Assembly (NCBI GenBank): GCA_035633255.1 | Contig: DASQFD010000018.1 | Coordinates: 1-24,000, forward strand | Origin: Dermatophilaceae bacterium | Lineage (GTDB): Bacteria; Actinomycetota; Actinomycetes; Actinomycetales; Dermatophilaceae | Direction: 5' to 3' | DNA: 24,000 nucleotides | Shown here: positions 21,414-24,000 of the stretch, in pieces | How the letters are laid out: the number at the start of each line of letters is the position of its first letter | Numbering within the stretch: the stretch's first letter is position 1 | Program-made: the position numbers and the translations under genes | The notes under the pieces: generated by a model | Seen by the model: the letters and a program-made list of their open reading frames with translations, nothing else | Told to the model about the DNA's origin: nothing | Databases searched by the model: none

Positions 21414-24000
21414 TCACCCGCCCACTGCGGGTGGCTCCACCTGCTCCACCTGGTCGGGCCGGTCGGACGCGACAAGCTGCGTCCTGGAGCTGACGCCCAG
21501 CTTTCGGTAGATCTTCCCGAGGTGGAACTCGACCGTCTTGGGTGAGAGGAAGAGCTCGGCCGCGATGTCGCGGTTGGACCCGCCGCGCTGGACGGCGGCG
21601 ACGACGCGGCGCTCCTGCTCGGTGAGCTGCTCAGTCGGCTCCCGTGTCCGCCGTCCCCCGGCGGCGCGCAGCTCCGCCGCCGCCTGCGCCGCCCATGGTC
21701 TGGCGCCGAGGCGCTCGAAGCCGGAGACGGCCTCATGGAGGTGCTCTCGCGCCTGCACCCGGCGCTTCGCGCGATGCAGGCGGCGGCCGTACGCGAGCTG
21801 CGTGCGCGCCCGCTCGAAGGGCATCGGCCGATCGTCGTCGAGGCGGAGTGCCTGCAGGAAGGGCTCGTCGTAGTCGGCGTGCACCATGCCTCGGCACCGG
21901 GAAGCCGCTGCCGCGGCGACGGCGGTGCCGGCCGTGTCGGCCCGCTCGACGAGACGGTGCGCGGCGCGTCGGGCATCTCGAGCCCGGCCCATGCGAAGGT
22001 ACGCCTCGACGAGGTCCGGAGCCCAAGGGATGAGGGTGGGTTCCACCATCCCGTCGTGCTCGGCTGCCGCGGAGACCCACTCGAGGTGCTGCACGGCGGC
22101 ACCGGCCCGGGCGAGCCCGAGCTCGAGGAAGCCCAGCCCGGCCCGCGCGTAGTGCAGGCCGCTGCGCATGCCCGAGGCCGTCGCCCCGTCGACCACGGCA
22201 CCCAGCATGGCGCGGCACTCCTCGGACTGACCGCGGGCTCCGGCCAGCCGCGCGGCGATGACCGCGGCGTGACCGGGAACGGCTTGCCCGGTGTCCCGTC
22301 CGACGTGCTGCGCCTCGGTCAGGGCCCGGTCGGCCCCCGCCCAGTCACCCATGCGGTAGGCGCAGTCCGCCACGACGACGAGCAGGTTGGGCAGCGCGCC
22401 CAGTGCGCCCGCCCGCCGGGCGTCGGCGCACATGGCCGAGGTGTGCGCGACCGTCGCCTCGAACGCCCCGGTCACCACCCCGCCGTAGAGCCAGCCCTTG
22501 ACGTGGTCGCCGGTCGGGCCCAGCGGGTCGTCAGCTCTGGTGAGGCGATCCACCCGGGCGAGCACCTGCTGAGCTCGTGCGGCCTGACCACGCAGCAGCA
22601 GCGCCCAACCGAGGGCCGCGAACACGTGCGCACGCGCCGTCGCCGTCCCCGACCCACCCAGCAGCGCGGCTGCTCGCTCTGCGACCTCGAGGGCTTCATG
22701 GGTGTCCGCAGCCGTGTTCAGCGCCAAAGACGCGTCCGCCAGCATTACAGCCGCCGAGCACGGGTCGTCGAGCTGGATCCGCGTCGCCTCGGTCACCAGC
22801 ATCTCCACCGCGGGACCGACGCCACGCCGCCAGAGCAGGGTCAGCCCCTGCAGGTGCCGTGCGGATGCCCGGAGAGAACGGTCGTCGGTGCCGGCGACCG
22901 CCTCCTCGAGCAGTGACAGGGCCCGCTCGGGCTGCCCCGCCGTGACCGCGGTCTCCCCGGCGGCGACGAGCCGGCGGGTGGCGGCGGATCGCTCCGGAGT
23001 GAGCCGCGCGCTGCGCTCGAACGCCGTGGAGGCATCCGCCGGAGCACGTCGCACCAGCGCCGACCGGGCGACGTGCTCGAGCTCGGCCGCCACCTCCTCC
23101 TCGGGCTCCACGGCGGCGGCGGCCCGATGCCAGGTGCGCCCCTCGCCGGTGACGACACCGGCCAGCGCGGCATGGGCGGCGCGCCGGCTGCGCCCACGGG
23201 CCCCGTGGTAGGTGGCGCCACGGACCAACGGGTGGGTGAAGGTGAGCCGGCCGCCCTCGATGCCGACGAGGCCGGCCTCCTCGGCGGCCGTGAGGTCGTC
23301 GAGCCCGCAGCCGACGCTGCCCGCGGCGGCCGCCACCGTGCGCAGGTCGTCACCCTCGTATGCCGCCGCGACCAGCAACAGGGTGCGGCTCGGGCCGGAG
23401 AGCGCACGGATGCGGCGCAGGTACACCTCGGTGAGCAGCGGGCCCGGCGGCAGCGGCACCCGCGGGGGGAGGCGGCAGCGCTGCTCGGGTCCCAGACCCG
23501 CAGCCAGTTCCACCAGGGCCAGCGGCAGCCCACCGGCCGCCTCGAGGACCCGGTCCACCACCGGACGCTCGAGGTCGGGCGCGATGCGGGACAGCAGGGC
23601 TCGGGCAGCCGACGGCTCCAGGGGGCCGATGGTCAGCTGCGGCAGGTCGTCGGTGACGGGGACCCCACCGGACTCCCGGCTGGTGAGCACGATCCCGAGC
23701 GGACGCTTGGAGGCGCGGCGCGCGGCATACCCGAGGCATTGCAGGGAGGAAGCGTCCACCCACTGCACGTCGTCGACCAGGAGGACGACCGGCCGGGTGG
23801 CGGCGTGGGCCAGGAGAAGTCCCCACGTCGCCACGCACACCGCGAAGCGGTCGCCCGCTCGGGACGGGCCGAGGGCGAGCGCTCCCAGCAGAGCCGCCCC
23901 CTGGACGGGAGGCAGCTCGGCCACGCGGCCCAGCAGGGGGGTGACCAGGTCGCCGAGCGTCGAGAACGCGAGCTGTGCCTCGCTCTCGACGCCGCGAGCG
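21414..24000 (-). CDS. Large ATP-binding LuxR-family (LAL/MalT-like) transcriptional regulator; the N-terminus lies beyond the right edge
   Basis: C-terminal LuxR HTH (ERRVVAAVQRGGSNRDIAAELFLSPKTVEFHLGKIYRKLGV). A long helical, TPR-like middle. Walker-B-like LLVDDVQWVD near the N-terminal end. The frame stays open from 23924 to position 24000 (...ESEAQLAFSTLGDLVTPLLGRV...), so the Walker A region should lie outside the window. Confidence 0.85.
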   Translation of the reverse strand, partial: ARGVESEAQLAFSTLGDLVTPLLGRVAELPPVQGAALLGALALGPSRAGDRFAVCVATWGLLLAHAATRPVVLLVDDVQWVDASSLQCLGYAARRASKRPLGIVLTSRESGGVPVTDDLPQLTIGPLEPSAARALLSRIAPDLERPVVDRVLEAAGGLPLALVELAAGLGPEQRCRLPPRVPLPPGPLLTEVYLRRIRALSGPSRTLLLVAAAYEGDDLRTVAAAAGSVGCGLDDLTAAEEAGLVGIEGGRLTFTHPLVRGATYHGARGRSRRAAHAALAGVVTGEGRTWHRAAAAVEPEEEVAAELEHVARSALVRRAPADASTAFERSARLTPERSAATRRLVAAGETAVTAGQPERALSLLEEAVAGTDDRSLRASARHLQGLTLLWRRGVGPAVEMLVTEATRIQLDDPCSAAVMLADASLALNTAADTHEALEVAERAAALLGGSGTATARAHVFAALGWALLLRGQAARAQQVLARVDRLTRADDPLGPTGDHVKGWLYGGVVTGAFEATVAHTSAMCADARRAGALGALPNLLVVVADCAYRMGDWAGADRALTEAQHVGRDTGQAVPGHAAVIAARLAGARGQSEECRAMLGAVVDGATASGMRSGLHYARAGLGFLELGLARAGAAVQHLEWVSAAAEHDGMVEPTLIPWAPDLVEAYLRMGRARDARRAAHRLVERADTAGTAVAAAAASRCRGMVHADYDEPFLQALRLDDDRPMPFERARTQLAYGRRLHRAKRRVQAREHLHEAVSGFERLGARPWAAQAAAELRAAGGRRTREPTEQLTEQERRVVAAVQRGGSNRDIAAELFLSPKTVEFHLGKIYRKLGVSSRTQLVASDRPDQVEQVEPPAVGG

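Overview
This is a very GC-rich, actinobacterial-type window. All family calls come from motifs read in the translations; no searches were run.

**Main content (847-15751).** One energy-metabolism block fills most of the window.
- A complete [NiFe]-hydrogenase maturation set: hypB and hypA on the minus strand, divergent from hypF, hypE, hypC and hypD.
- A soluble NAD-linked group-3d hydrogenase operon in the Ralstonia/Rhodococcus SH arrangement, hoxF-U-Y-H-W-I. Most junctions are 4-nt ATGA/GTGA start-stop overlaps.
- With no change of strand and only short gaps, three more genes follow: a MerR-HTH plus B12-binding regulator of the CarH/LitR light-sensor type, a seven-helix DTE-motif proton-pump rhodopsin, and an NTF2/SnoaL-like protein whose ATG overlaps the rhodopsin stop codon.
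- The first strong terminator hairpin comes only after this last gene (15714-15750).

**Most interesting call.** I consider the regulator-rhodopsin-NTF2 module fused to the 3' end of an H2-oxidising cluster the best candidate for something undescribed. Supporting sequence oddities are:
- two copies of an AT-rich TTGCACAAG site;
- four exactly 11-bp-phased direct repeats across the NTF2 stop codon;
- an 18-bp tandem repeat in the regulator linker.

**Rest of the window.**
- A 5'-truncated SGNH lipase remnant beside an AT-rich junction.
- A low-GC in-frame 42-bp tandem duplication inside hypF.
- A frameshifted small membrane-protein gene.
- A secreted M14 metallopeptidase.
- RNase J.
- A decayed tRNA-Phe-like remnant that may be an att scar.
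- A partial large LuxR-family (LAL) regulator.

No CRISPR array, rRNA or recognisable transposase is visible.
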